A stretch of DNA of 25,207 bases from a virus (Duplodnaviria; Caudoviricetes). The translations under genes were made by a program, and so were the position numbers. Shown here piece by piece: positions 9,269 to 17,817 of the stretch. The stretch lies in the IMG/VR virus record IMGVR_UViG_3300037851_000116, positions 1 through 25,207 of that record; one strand, 5' to 3'. Numbering within the stretch: position 1 is the first letter of the stretch; every line of letters starts with the position of its first letter. The notes under the pieces were generated by a model, which made no database searches, was not told the origin of the DNA, and saw only the letters and a program-made list of their open reading frames with translations.

Positions 9269-9634
9269 CCAGGGCAGATTTGGCTAGGAGTGGAGAGTCG
9301 CATCGGACTGGTCTGGTTCGGCTAGTCTCGGTGGTCGGGGGCGGGTCGCATGGGCGCGGCTCGTCGCAGGGGCAAGACGGGTTCTGGTCCGTCGCTGTGG
9401 GCCGGTCTGACACGTCGCAGAGGGATGGCGTGAGTGGGTGCAGAGTGGTGCGTCGCGGGGATCTGGAAGGGAAAGACTCGTCTCGGTGGAACGGGCGGGT
9501 GATGGATGGTTCGTCGCACCGGCGCGGTGTGACACGGTTTGTCGCGGCGGCTCGTTACGGTGTGGTGCGTCGCAGCGGGTCGTTGAGACTCGGGAAGGCC
9601 AGTCGCGAAGGCATGGCTTGTCAAGGTTCGTCAT
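9269..9634. repeat. Periodic non-CRISPR array: 13 units of (NNN-GG)n-NNN ending in GTCGC (gene strand: GCGAC-(NNN-CC)n); probable ncRNA/guide array
   Basis: Boundary motifs GTCGC/GTCTC/GTCAT start at 9297, 9325, 9345, 9363, 9391, 9414, 9452, 9480, 9513, 9541, 9569, 9602 and 9630. 11 of 12 spacings are 5n+3. Of 53 in-phase dinucleotides, 39 are GG, 8 GA and 4 GT. Confidence 0.9.
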
Positions 9635-10371
9635 TATCGGACCTGCTCGAACTCCAACACGGTGAACTTGCCTTCCCCCTGTGAGCGATTCGCACCGAGG
9701 CCCATTTCCTCGGCGAGCACGAGCATCCTCTTGAGCACATCGGCGGTGACCACGTCGGCCTGAATCACCTTGATGGTGAACTCAAGTTCCCCGGCGTAAA
9801 CGTAGTCGTGGCGGGAGAAGGCAGCGATCTTGCCCTTCTTGGTCCAGGCATGAACGACCTTCGTGCGGTAGCCGTCAGGCTCGGAAAGCGGTTGGCCGTT
9901 GCGCGTGAGTGCGGCGTCGTCCATGAAGAACCCATGCTGTAGACGCTGCTTGAAGGCATAGACCGAGGTCGTGATCTTGAGTTCGGTGGCGCACTCGCGG
10001 AACATCGCTTTGATCTGGCGTCCCTCGATCACAAGGTTGCCGTCACGCTTGGTGAACCCGCTCCACGTTCTGGTGATCTCCTCCTCAACGTAGGCGTCTG
10101 CGCTGTCGAGTGCGGCGTCGTCGGACTGCGCCTTGAGTTCGGCACGCCGGGCGCGGGCCATGGCATCTACCTCGTCTGGCAGAAACCCCTTGGTCTTGAG
10201 CCACGCCTCCATAGCCTCGCCGTCCTTCGGAATGCCGCCCTCCACTCGATCATCGAAGCGGATGCGCACGCGGTACACGGCACGGAATACGTCACCGTAC
10301 GAGACTCCAAGTATCGGATGGGTGGGCGGTAGCGAACCGTCTGCGTTGCGAGTGACCTTGCGGATCGTCAT
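9634..10371 (-). CDS. Solo RAMP / Cas7-like RNA-binding protein (245 aa)
   Basis: Start MTIRKV at 10371 (ATGA overlap, GGGGG RBS). RAMP-like layout: YRVRIRFDDRVEGGIP, LVIEGRQIKAMFRECA (cf. IPGSSLKG), ELEFTIKV, and a C-terminal G-loop GLGANRSQGEGKF. Confidence 0.85.
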   Translation of the reverse strand: MTIRKVTRNADGSLPPTHPILGVSYGDVFRAVYRVRIRFDDRVEGGIPKDGEAMEAWLKTKGFLPDEVDAMARARRAELKAQSDDAALDSADAYVEEEITRTWSGFTKRDGNLVIEGRQIKAMFRECATELKITTSVYAFKQRLQHGFFMDDAALTRNGQPLSEPDGYRTKVVHAWTKKGKIAAFSRHDYVYAGELEFTIKVIQADVVTADVLKRMLVLAEEMGLGANRSQGEGKFTVLEFEQVR

Positions 10372-11120
10372 AATTCCCCCTTCGGAACAGGACGCTGCGG
10401 GAAGGAACGCCAGATTGACGACGGCATCATTCCGATGCGACCCTTGCGGTATCGCAGACGGAACACGCCGGGCCAGGCGCGGGTGAGACCGAGGTAGTAG
10501 TGCTCCCTCCGAGAGTGCTGAATCTCGGTGCAACCTCCTTTCATCACGCACGACTCTATCTTGTCGATCATCATGTCCTGAAATACCACGGTGCAGAAAC
10601 CCAGGTGTAGCAGTTGGAGCGAGAAGTCCGTATCGGAAATGAGATCTGGACGGAAGTGGATCGGAAGATCGTTCCTGATGAGCATACAGCTTGCGCATAG
10701 GCGATTGATCTCGACCTCGCGCGTTGCAGCGAAGGCGAACGACCGGTAGATGAACGACGCTTGCCCGATATTTGTGAAGCGATCCACATAGCGTTCCGCG
10801 CATCCAAGGATGTTCGTGTATGTGGTGCGTTCATTGCGGGTGCCATTGCGAACGTACACGCCACGGATGTTGTCGTCTATCTGCCAGTGGTACAGATGAC
10901 CGTTGCGATGGGCATGATTCTTCATCCATGTGCGTGCGTAGGCTACTCCTCGATGAGATTCGTCCATGACCAGCACACTCTGAAAGTGCTGCTGATACGC
11001 GACGGCTTCATGGGGTTCGACCACGACATGGAACGGCACGCCTTCGGCGATGAGTGCTTTCGTCGTGACGCAGATATCATGGCGTCCGCGAGAGGGAATG
11101 TAGATGGGCCATCGCGTCAC
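10368..11120 (-). CDS. TET-associated/GREB1-like glycosyltransferase (TAGT family), copy 1
   Basis: GTG start at 11120 (GTGA overlap). PIYIPSRGR, VVVEPHE, HWQIDDNI, DTDFSLQLL..G.CT, MKGGCTE. Confidence 0.8.
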   Translation of the reverse strand: MTRWPIYIPSRGRHDICVTTKALIAEGVPFHVVVEPHEAVAYQQHFQSVLVMDESHRGVAYARTWMKNHAHRNGHLYHWQIDDNIRGVYVRNGTRNERTTYTNILGCAERYVDRFTNIGQASFIYRSFAFAATREVEINRLCASCMLIRNDLPIHFRPDLISDTDFSLQLLHLGFCTVVFQDMMIDKIESCVMKGGCTEIQHSRREHYYLGLTRAWPGVFRLRYRKGRIGMMPSSIWRSFPQRPVPKGEL

Positions 11121-11359
11121 GACCGCCTCAGCACGTCGATGGAGAGCGGGCCGATGCAGGCGTGGAAGGGCCAAGGGCCGGAGACGCGGTAGGCGTGAAA
11201 TCCTCCTTCCACGCAGCGGATGCGCCTGTCTATCCGCAAGCGCCACGGTCCGCGCTTCCACCGCTTCCATGCCCACGCGGCGGCGAAGGCGGCGGCGAGG
11301 ATCGCGGCGGCGCGGAGCGCGTCGGGCGCGATCAGGTAGTGCCACCACGGTTCAGGCAT
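11117..11359 (-). CDS. Small membrane protein (80 aa)
   Basis: Ala-rich hydrophobic helix followed by WKRWKR; overlaps both neighbours. Confidence 0.55.
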   Translation of the reverse strand: MPEPWWHYLIAPDALRAAAILAAAFAAAWAWKRWKRGPWRLRIDRRIRCVEGGFHAYRVSGPWPFHACIGPLSIDVLRRS

Positions 11360-11591
11360 CGTCGCGCACCTTGAGAAGTCGTCGAACCGCTGCCGTCATG
11401 TAAAGGTGCGCAGCCTGCGATACGCCGTAGAGCGTCATGATCTCGGTTGATTGCTCGGACGGCTGTATACACTCCATCCGCATCGCATGGTCAACAGCGC
11501 GCACGATCACCCATACAGGCTGATTCGCCCATCCCGGTCCCGATGCGCTCTCAGCAAACGCAGCGACGATTGTCTCTCCCTTGAGGATCAT
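11352..11591 (-). CDS. Hypothetical protein (79 aa)
   Basis: RBS GGGGAGG; ATGA overlap with the upstream gene. Confidence 0.65.
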   Translation of the reverse strand: MILKGETIVAAFAESASGPGWANQPVWVIVRAVDHAMRMECIQPSEQSTEIMTLYGVSQAAHLYMTAAVRRLLKVRDDA

Positions 11592-11788
11592 TCCTCCCCC
11601 ACGATTTCCGCCAGTTTGTAGTCGTCCGGTGGATTAACCATTGAGACCTCCCCGCAAATAGCGCCGCGAATCCATTCCTCGTACCAGTCCCGCATCTTCC
11701 GCGCGGACTGCAATCGCACAAGTGCAACGTAGTCGGGGAAGTCGCCGCACCAGCGCAAGAACCGCGCGTATTCTTCCTCGTCGCTCAT
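11588..11788 (-). CDS. Hypothetical protein (66 aa)
   Basis: MSDEEEY start at 11788, ATGA overlap. Confidence 0.6.
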   Translation of the reverse strand: MSDEEEYARFLRWCGDFPDYVALVRLQSARKMRDWYEEWIRGAICGEVSMVNPPDDYKLAEIVGEE

Positions 11789-12033
11789 CCCTCGTCCTCC
11801 TGCATCGCCGCGCGCCAGGGGATCGGCCACCGCACAGCATCCATAGCGTATTCGTATTCCTCACCCTGCTGCTTCCATATATCCCGCACGGCGCGCTCGA
11901 TGCAGTCGGCTGCGAGGGCAGCAGCGTTGTTGATGCGGGATTCCTTGGTGGTGCCTTCTGGCTCATGCGCCCATCTGCGGAGAACTTCCAGCTTCCACCA
12001 CTCCACGAACGCAGCGCGGTCGGGATCGGTCAT
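11785..12033 (-). CDS. Hypothetical protein (82 aa)
   Basis: Part of a chain of ATGA-coupled genes. Confidence 0.6.
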   Translation of the reverse strand: MTDPDRAAFVEWWKLEVLRRWAHEPEGTTKESRINNAAALAADCIERAVRDIWKQQGEEYEYAMDAVRWPIPWRAAMQEDEG

Positions 12034-12410
12034 GGCTCAACCCCATCGGCGCAGTAGGCGCGGGCCTTGTCCATGACGTTGGTCCACAGGATCTCGAAGT
12101 CATCTGCACTAGGCGCGGCCATGCTCCCATGCACAAGCACGATGGAATCCAGCAGCGCGTTGATGATCTTCACCGCCCGCGCGCGCTCTTCGCGCTTGGC
12201 TTCGGCGCGCACAAGGGCGATGTCGGGAAGCCACTCCATAGCCTTTGTAACATCATCCAGCAGCACCCGGCGCGCCTCGACCGGGACGAGGGCAAGGCAC
12301 TCGTCGTCGGTCTTGTTGCGCCATTGGTCCTCGGGTCGGATGGCTCGCTGAGCCGCGCGCACGGCCGCGATTAGCGCCGCGCGGTGAGTGAGTTTCGTAT
12401 CGGCGTTCAT
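12030..12410 (-). CDS. Hypothetical helical protein (126 aa)
   Basis: RBS GAAAGGAGG before ATG 12410. Confidence 0.7.
   Translation of the reverse strand: MNADTKLTHRAALIAAVRAAQRAIRPEDQWRNKTDDECLALVPVEARRVLLDDVTKAMEWLPDIALVRAEAKREERARAVKIINALLDSIVLVHGSMAAPSADDFEILWTNVMDKARAYCADGVEP
12074..12104. repeat. 31-bp exact direct repeat, copy 1
   Basis: TGACGTTGGTCCACAGGATCTCGAAGTCATC, identical to 14910-14940. Confidence 0.9.
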
Positions 12411-12490
12411 TCGCGTTCCTCCTTTCGGCACCGTACTCGGGTGCCGAGTGGTTTTCACCAGAAAAGTGCGGCCCTGGATAATCCAGAGGA

Positions 12491-13555
12491 TTACTCTCGC
12501 CTGATTACCGTTGTTGTCTTTTCAGCGCGTGCTAGTTTCTGTCTCTCCTCTGCGATGGCAGCGGCCCGATCCATGCGTTTCTGTTTCACGACCTCATTGC
12601 AATACGCCCACGGTGAATCGGGTCGTCGTCCGTTTTCGCACAGCATGGCGTAGAGCGAGAGTGTTTCCAGCTTGATAGGATTTGGCTCGCGGCATTTTCC
12701 CCACCACTGGCCCGCGTCGAAGGCGTTGGTACCGTGACGTGCTTCGCCAAGACGAATGCGTGCAATGAGTTGGGTGACGATGCGTGCTTCGTTGGGTTCA
12801 AGAGGTCGACGCAGGGTAGGTGCGCGGGTTGCGGGTTGGAGGAGGGTCGAGAGGTCGAGGATTGCAGTAGAGGCCCCAGGTGGCGAGTTTTCGGGTTGGC
12901 TGGCATGTTGACCCATACCCGGGCCTGAAAGTTCAACCTGGGGTCTGCACTTGAATCTGGTGGGCGACTCGGACCGACCCGAGGGTGCCGATTCGGGGTT
13001 GCCGGATTCTGGTTCGGAATGAGCGGCGTACTCGCCGGGTGCGTAACGCTCCGCGTTGCTACCAGAGTTCAATCTACCTGAGGAGGTAGTAGAAAGACTC
13101 TGACTCTGACTCTGACTCTGACTCTGATTAGCTACCATTTCGCTACAGCTAACCCCTAGCGAACCGCTAGCGGACGCTAGGCCGACTTCCTTATTTCCCA
13201 ATCGTTTAAGTGCCTTGGCTATTCCGCCCTTGCGTCCGAGCAGTTTCGCGGTCGCGGATCTGGTCAATCCGCGGTTGCGTTCCTCCTCCAACCTGAGCTG
13301 GTACATTCTGTCAGGTTTTTCAGGGTCTACCGTGAAGCAACGCCCCAGATTTCCATCGAGCCATCTTCTTGCAAGGCTAGGTTTGACGTGCAGCAATTCC
13401 GCAAGTGCCTGCGGTTCTGAGGGTACATATCCTTCGTGCCATTGGAGAATGAGCAGCTTGAGATATGCCCCCACTTCCGGCAGACCCATGCGTTTTACGT
13501 TCACGTCGTTCTCGAAATCTGAGTACCAGAACGGGAACCACGGTTTTTTGTTCAT
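12491..13555 (-). CDS. Phage replication initiator (DUF1376/YdaU-like N-terminus)
   Basis: PWFPFWYSDF..MGLPEVGAYLKLLILQW, RL.EER, G.KGG, and an SQSQSQ linker typical of this class. Confidence 0.8.
   Translation of the reverse strand: MNKKPWFPFWYSDFENDVNVKRMGLPEVGAYLKLLILQWHEGYVPSEPQALAELLHVKPSLARRWLDGNLGRCFTVDPEKPDRMYQLRLEEERNRGLTRSATAKLLGRKGGIAKALKRLGNKEVGLASASGSLGVSCSEMVANQSQSQSQSQSLSTTSSGRLNSGSNAERYAPGEYAAHSEPESGNPESAPSGRSESPTRFKCRPQVELSGPGMGQHASQPENSPPGASTAILDLSTLLQPATRAPTLRRPLEPNEARIVTQLIARIRLGEARHGTNAFDAGQWWGKCREPNPIKLETLSLYAMLCENGRRPDSPWAYCNEVVKQKRMDRAAAIAEERQKLARAEKTTTVIRRE
13096..13125. repeat. (GACTCT)5 tandem repeat encoding an SQ linker
   Basis: Directly visible in the sequence. 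Confidence 0.9.
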
Positions 13556-13638
13556 CGTTCATTTCCGCAACGCATCGAATTTCCCTTCCATGAGAAACGG
13601 CGGCGCTTGGATTTGAGTGATGAGTAAGGATGATGCTT

Positions 13639-13911
13639 TCAGGGTTTCGGTGCCTCGCTTTCTGGTGGCATTTCCGTGACCGGAATCGGGGTGCCGGTGC
13701 TATCCAGGCGGGCGTTGATCGGGCCGTAATCGGGGGTGTGGACCGGTCCCCACTTCGCCCACATCTGGGCGGCGATGCGGTAGCACGCCTCCCGTCCCGC
13801 GAGCTCGTTCAGTTCGTACATGGCGGCCTCGACACGCCGCAGAGCGTACGCTTCCGGGTACCGTCTCAGCGAGTCATATGCCTTAGGCTTCTGCTTGCGT
13901 TTCCGAATCAT
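13639..13911 (-). CDS. Hypothetical basic protein (90 aa)
   Basis: RBS GAAGGAGAAGG upstream; co-oriented with neighbours. Confidence 0.6.
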   Translation of the reverse strand: MIRKRKQKPKAYDSLRRYPEAYALRRVEAAMYELNELAGREACYRIAAQMWAKWGPVHTPDYGPINARLDSTGTPIPVTEMPPESEAPKP

Positions 13912-14746
13912 GATCCTTCTCCTTCGTGCCGTGAGCCTCGGTCACCCGGCGAATGATGCGCTCCGCTGGCGACCCGGTGATCGGTTCCGGCTTTGGTTGT
14001 GCATCGGCGAACACGGAGTCGGTCGTCGTCTCGCCGTCCGCGATGGCCGTTCTGATCCCTGTCAGGGTGACGAGGTCGTCAATGTCGATCTCCTCGACCG
14101 CCTTCCGTTCTAGGAAGGTGAGAATGCGTGCCTCGGTGACGCCGACCTTGGCGAACCATTCGAGTGCCTTCGTGCGGCGCTGTGTCATGGTCAGCGCTTC
14201 ACCCACGGCACACTGTTTCGCCGCGTCGTAGATCGACTTCACCAGAGAGAACGGGATGATCCGGAAGATGGCGTTGCGCAGGGCGATGGATTGCGCCGCC
14301 TGCGCCGTCACCGTGATCATGTCCTCGTTGTACCGCCGTCCCTGCTTGTCCGTGATGCGCCGCCGCACTTCGAATGCCGCTTGCGTGTTGTTCTCCAAGT
14401 CGAAGCACACACCCTGCGCGACCACATGCGTCGTCGTGATCTCGACCGTGCGCGCTCCGTATCGCAGGTTCTTCCACGAGTGCCCCATGATCTCGGCCAG
14501 CCGTACGCTCGGCCCCTCGATCCGCTTCCCACCTCGCGGGATGACATAGAACATGGTCGCCGCCACGTCCGCGTCGAGTGTCGCCAGCGTCTGTGCCGTA
14601 CGCTTGGCCTCGATGACCGAACGCGGATACCGCTTCGCCGTGGCGATGGCGATGTCGATCTCGGAACGGTTGAGCACTTCGAGCGTCGTGACGTTCATCA
14701 CCTCGACCGGTTCCGCATTGTCGTCTGCTACGTGTTCGAGTTCCAT
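13883..14746 (-). CDS. Putative single-strand annealing protein/recombinase partner of YqaJ (287 aa)
   Basis: TAATG coupling to YqaJ; RBS GGAGG; IATAKRYPRS and FY.IPRGGK.IEGPSVRLAE motifs. Function is inferred from the exonuclease-annealase gene pairing. Confidence 0.65.
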   Translation of the reverse strand: MELEHVADDNAEPVEVMNVTTLEVLNRSEIDIAIATAKRYPRSVIEAKRTAQTLATLDADVAATMFYVIPRGGKRIEGPSVRLAEIMGHSWKNLRYGARTVEITTTHVVAQGVCFDLENNTQAAFEVRRRITDKQGRRYNEDMITVTAQAAQSIALRNAIFRIIPFSLVKSIYDAAKQCAVGEALTMTQRRTKALEWFAKVGVTEARILTFLERKAVEEIDIDDLVTLTGIRTAIADGETTTDSVFADAQPKPEPITGSPAERIIRRVTEAHGTKEKDHDSETQAEA

Positions 14747-15750
14747 TATTCCTCCGTTTGATCCGTCCACTTCGACCAGAACCGACGGGTAGGTTCACCC
14801 GTCTTGATCCATGCTGCCCTGATCCCATCCATTTCTTCGTGCAGCGAGCTCGGCAGTTTCGCTCGCAGTTCCTCCCACGCGCGATCCCAATCCACCGTGG
14901 TCTGTCCCTTGACGTTGGTCCACAGGATCTCGAAGTCATCGCCAACCAGACAGCGATGCTCGCCCATGAGGTACTTGATCTCGTTCTCGACCCGGCGAAG
15001 ATCTGCTTCGGCTACCTTGCGATTCTCCATCGCCTGCCGAAGTTCGTACGCCAGCGCAACGACGTGCGAGTCAGCGATCTTCTTGTCGCCGCCCTCCTGC
15101 GGAAACATGCGAGCGATGATCCGCGCACACGCCTCTGTATCATCGAGCGACGGTGGAACACCAGTCAGTACGTGCTGCGTCCAGAAGGTGCGTTCCCGAT
15201 CCATCATGATCTGAATGAACTCGGGATGCTTCGCGATGGGGTAGATACGCAGGTTAGATCCTGCGAGCAACACCGCGCACTCCGCACGCTCGGCCCCGCT
15301 GACCTCGATGTAGTGTTGTACCTGACAGTAGTAGTCCTCGGGGATCTGATCGCTCCCGTCCGGACCCCATCCGTCGTAACGCTTCGAGGTCTTGATCTCG
15401 ACCAGCACCGGTTCGTGCAGCACCATGCGGTCGATCTGTCCGATCATCCAGTCATCCGGCCCCGCGTGCCGCATGAACCCGGGACGACGCAGACGACGCC
15501 CTGTCCGTTCGGAGTAGAGATTGGCGACGACAGGCTCCAACAGCTTGCCCATCTTCATCTCTTCCGATTCGACCCCACCCGGTGCCAGACCGAGTTTCGA
15601 TGCCCACACACCCAACGGTGATCCCCATCTCGACACGCCGAGGATCGCCGCAGCGTCCGATCCCCCGATGCCCTTCCGGCGAAGCGCCGCGCGATCCGCG
15701 TCACTCACCGGGACGGGGTCATCAAAGGCCCGTTCCGATTGCGTGCTCAT
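14746..15750 (-). CDS. YqaJ-like viral recombinase exonuclease (lambda-exo family)
   Basis: RRKGIGGSDAAAILGVS.W.SP, MG..LEP.VA, ID, LVEIKT, IP..Y.CQVQHY; RBS AAAGGAG. Confidence 0.93.
   Translation of the reverse strand: MSTQSERAFDDPVPVSDADRAALRRKGIGGSDAAAILGVSRWGSPLGVWASKLGLAPGGVESEEMKMGKLLEPVVANLYSERTGRRLRRPGFMRHAGPDDWMIGQIDRMVLHEPVLVEIKTSKRYDGWGPDGSDQIPEDYYCQVQHYIEVSGAERAECAVLLAGSNLRIYPIAKHPEFIQIMMDRERTFWTQHVLTGVPPSLDDTEACARIIARMFPQEGGDKKIADSHVVALAYELRQAMENRKVAEADLRRVENEIKYLMGEHRCLVGDDFEILWTNVKGQTTVDWDRAWEELRAKLPSSLHEEMDGIRAAWIKTGEPTRRFWSKWTDQTEE
14910..14940. repeat. 31-bp exact direct repeat, copy 2
   Basis: Identical to 12074-12104. Confidence 0.9.
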
Positions 15751-16328
15751 GTGCTTGCTCCTTTCAGCGGTTGCAGTCTGCCGATGCCCCGCGCACGCTC
15801 CTCGGCCACCGCGAGTTTCAGCGGTTCCATCGCGTTCAACAGATACGGCTTCACCCAATAGCAGGGGAAGCGTGCACGCCGATTCCAGTTATCCTCAGTC
15901 ATTCCCTCGCCACCCACGATCCACCCGACAAGTTCCACCATCGGCAGCGCATGGAGTCGCGCGAGGATGTAGCGGTGCCACGGATCATCGCCCTTGTCGA
16001 GGCGACGGACGGAGAGCGACGGATCGCCACGATACAACAGAAGGTGGCCGTTCGATGCCACCGTGCCCCGCACTTGAACGCCGGGCCACACGTCGCCCTT
16101 CAGTTCTCCGTAGCGCGGGGTGCAGCAGACCCACCAGTCACGCGTTTCGAGGTAGTTCGCCGCAGCGATCTCCGCAATGGCTCCGTCGATGTTCGTGCTC
16201 AGACTCTTCTCGGGTGGCAGTCGTTTTGCCTGCGGCGTTCCCTTACTTCGGTGAAACGCTTCGCGCTCGGCACCACACCGCTTGCCCTGTGTAATGTCGT
16301 CAGGAGTTAACGGTACGAACACGCTCAT
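15747..16328 (-). CDS. Hypothetical protein, possible restriction-endonuclease-like fold
   Basis: GAIAEIAAANYL...GDV..GVQVR, plus VELVGWI.G pattern seen in phage PD-(D/E)xK-like proteins; ATGA coupling to YqaJ. Confidence 0.6.
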   Translation of the reverse strand: MSVFVPLTPDDITQGKRCGAEREAFHRSKGTPQAKRLPPEKSLSTNIDGAIAEIAAANYLETRDWWVCCTPRYGELKGDVWPGVQVRGTVASNGHLLLYRGDPSLSVRRLDKGDDPWHRYILARLHALPMVELVGWIVGGEGMTEDNWNRRARFPCYWVKPYLLNAMEPLKLAVAEERARGIGRLQPLKGAST

Positions 16329-16476
16329 CGGCGGCTCCCATCGCGATCTCGCATGCAATCAGCGCGATCGCTTCCTCGTGCTGTTCCCATGTCAACATCC
16401 CACCTCCGCGCCCTTCCAGATAGAGTCGCCAGACGATCTTCCGCCACACGCTGCGCGCCCGCTCTTCGTGAGTCAT
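16300..16476 (-). CDS. Hypothetical protein (58 aa, MTHEERARSVWRK...)
   Basis: Translated by hand; RBS GGAGG; ATGA overlap with the upstream ORF. Confidence 0.55.
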   Translation of the reverse strand: MTHEERARSVWRKIVWRLYLEGRGGGMLTWEQHEEAIALIACEIAMGAADERVRTVNS

Positions 16477-16679
16477 GTTTCCTCCGTGCAGACGGGAACC
16501 CGCTCCCCGCCCGTGATCAAGCGTATCCCTGTCGATCCGACCTTGCCCAGATCGATTTCATTGAATCCCCTCGTCACAGCTTCCGCCGAGGCGAAATGCA
16601 GGCACAGCCAGTAGCAACGATACGTCTTGACGCGCCTGCGCCGCCGATGCCACCAACTCATCAATCGGTTCATTCTCAC
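16473..16679 (-). CDS. Hypothetical protein (68 aa, CxxC)
   Basis: GGGAGG RBS; coupled to the next gene. Confidence 0.5.
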   Translation of the reverse strand: MRMNRLMSWWHRRRRRVKTYRCYWLCLHFASAEAVTRGFNEIDLGKVGSTGIRLITGGERVPVCTEET

Positions 16680-16752
16680 CCTCCCGGGACGGGGGTACGG
16701 ACGCCGCCGCGATTCAGCGTCCGCCCCCCGTCCCCTGTTGTTGGTGCCTCGA

Positions 16753-17817
16753 TCAGTTCAGAACCGATCCCGCCAGCCGCTCAAGGTCGATGCGGCGATC
16801 AGGTTCGGCGTTGCGAGCCACGAATGAGAGTGCGTTGGACAACCGCCACCGGTTCTGCCCGGGCGGTAGCATCTCCACGTCGGGTGAGTTGAACGCATCC
16901 ACGACTTGCTGTGTCTGCCCCTTGCTCATGTGCTTCTTGAGCATGGCGAGCAGCGCCTGCGGTTCGATCTTCTCCTCCGATGCGCGCCGGATGACGTCCA
17001 TGTGCTCCTGGATCTTCGCGGGCAGGAGCAGTGTGCGCACCGTATCCTTGAGCGCCGACATGACCGCCGCCGAGTCGAGGCGGATCGTTCGCTCCGAGAA
17101 TTGAATCAGTTCCTCGTCCAGACGGCTGCCAATGTGCACGTTCCGGATCTCCGATGCGCGCACCGCTCCATTGATGCAAACCAGCCGCAGCATGAACGAT
17201 TGCACCTCGTTCGCACCGCGACCGAAATCCGAGTTGGTCCAGGAGAACCCGAACACCATGAACTCCCCGTCGATGGGTTCGAGCACCTCGGGGCGAATGA
17301 ATCGCAACGACACCCGCGTGTCCGAGCCGACGCCGTCCGTTGGAATCAGGCCGTTCTCGGCGGTTGAGCGCAGGAGGTAGTCCACGATGGGCCGCGAGTC
17401 GATGCGGCGGAAGCGGTCGCTCAGCACGCCGCGCACTTCGTGATTCACGGAGCGCATGAGGAACCGGCGTTCCGGTTCGACATTCTGATGGGCCAGCGTT
17501 GTGAGATTGTTGGCGATCAGTTCGGCCCCCCACTCGCCCTTGCCGATCATCTCCTCCGCCCACGAGTAGGGCATGCCGAGCCGAGAGGAGGTCTGTTGTA
17601 GGGCGTTGTCGTGCAGCGACTGGGTCCACGATCCGGCAGTCACGCTGATCCGATTCGTGGACGTGGGCGAGAAGGTCAGGATCTGCGGGCGCACGATGCT
17701 ATCGGTTGGCACTTCATCCAACACGCGCGCAACTACGGTCTGCGCGTTCATCTTCCCTCGCTCCACATACCCGTTCAGTTGGGCGAGAGCGGTTTCGCGG
17801 TCGATGGTAGTAGGCAT
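16753..17817 (-). CDS. DUF932-family protein
   Basis: VRGVLSDRFRRID, NSDFG.G, LRLVC.NG, HIG, W.L.NAL; RBS GGAGG before ATG 17817. Confidence 0.8.
   Translation of the reverse strand: MPTTIDRETALAQLNGYVERGKMNAQTVVARVLDEVPTDSIVRPQILTFSPTSTNRISVTAGSWTQSLHDNALQQTSSRLGMPYSWAEEMIGKGEWGAELIANNLTTLAHQNVEPERRFLMRSVNHEVRGVLSDRFRRIDSRPIVDYLLRSTAENGLIPTDGVGSDTRVSLRFIRPEVLEPIDGEFMVFGFSWTNSDFGRGANEVQSFMLRLVCINGAVRASEIRNVHIGSRLDEELIQFSERTIRLDSAAVMSALKDTVRTLLLPAKIQEHMDVIRRASEEKIEPQALLAMLKKHMSKGQTQQVVDAFNSPDVEMLPPGQNRWRLSNALSFVARNAEPDRRIDLERLAGSVLN

Noticed and set aside
9269-9634. Classical CRISPR array, or the short ORFs 9280..9684, 9284..9634 and 9322..9624
   Set aside because: The only constant element is 5 nt, with no 23-47-nt direct repeats. 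The ORF translations are low-complexity by-products of the period-5 pattern.
10372-10803. N-terminal extension of the 389-aa ORF
   Set aside because: It overlaps the TAGT gene in another frame; the real start is ATG 10371 with an RBS and ATGA coupling.
12425-12447. Hairpin resembling the SpCas9 tracrRNA 3' stem (GGCACC..GGTGCC)
   Set aside because: Short GC-rich match with no cas9 or anti-repeat nearby; most likely coincidence.
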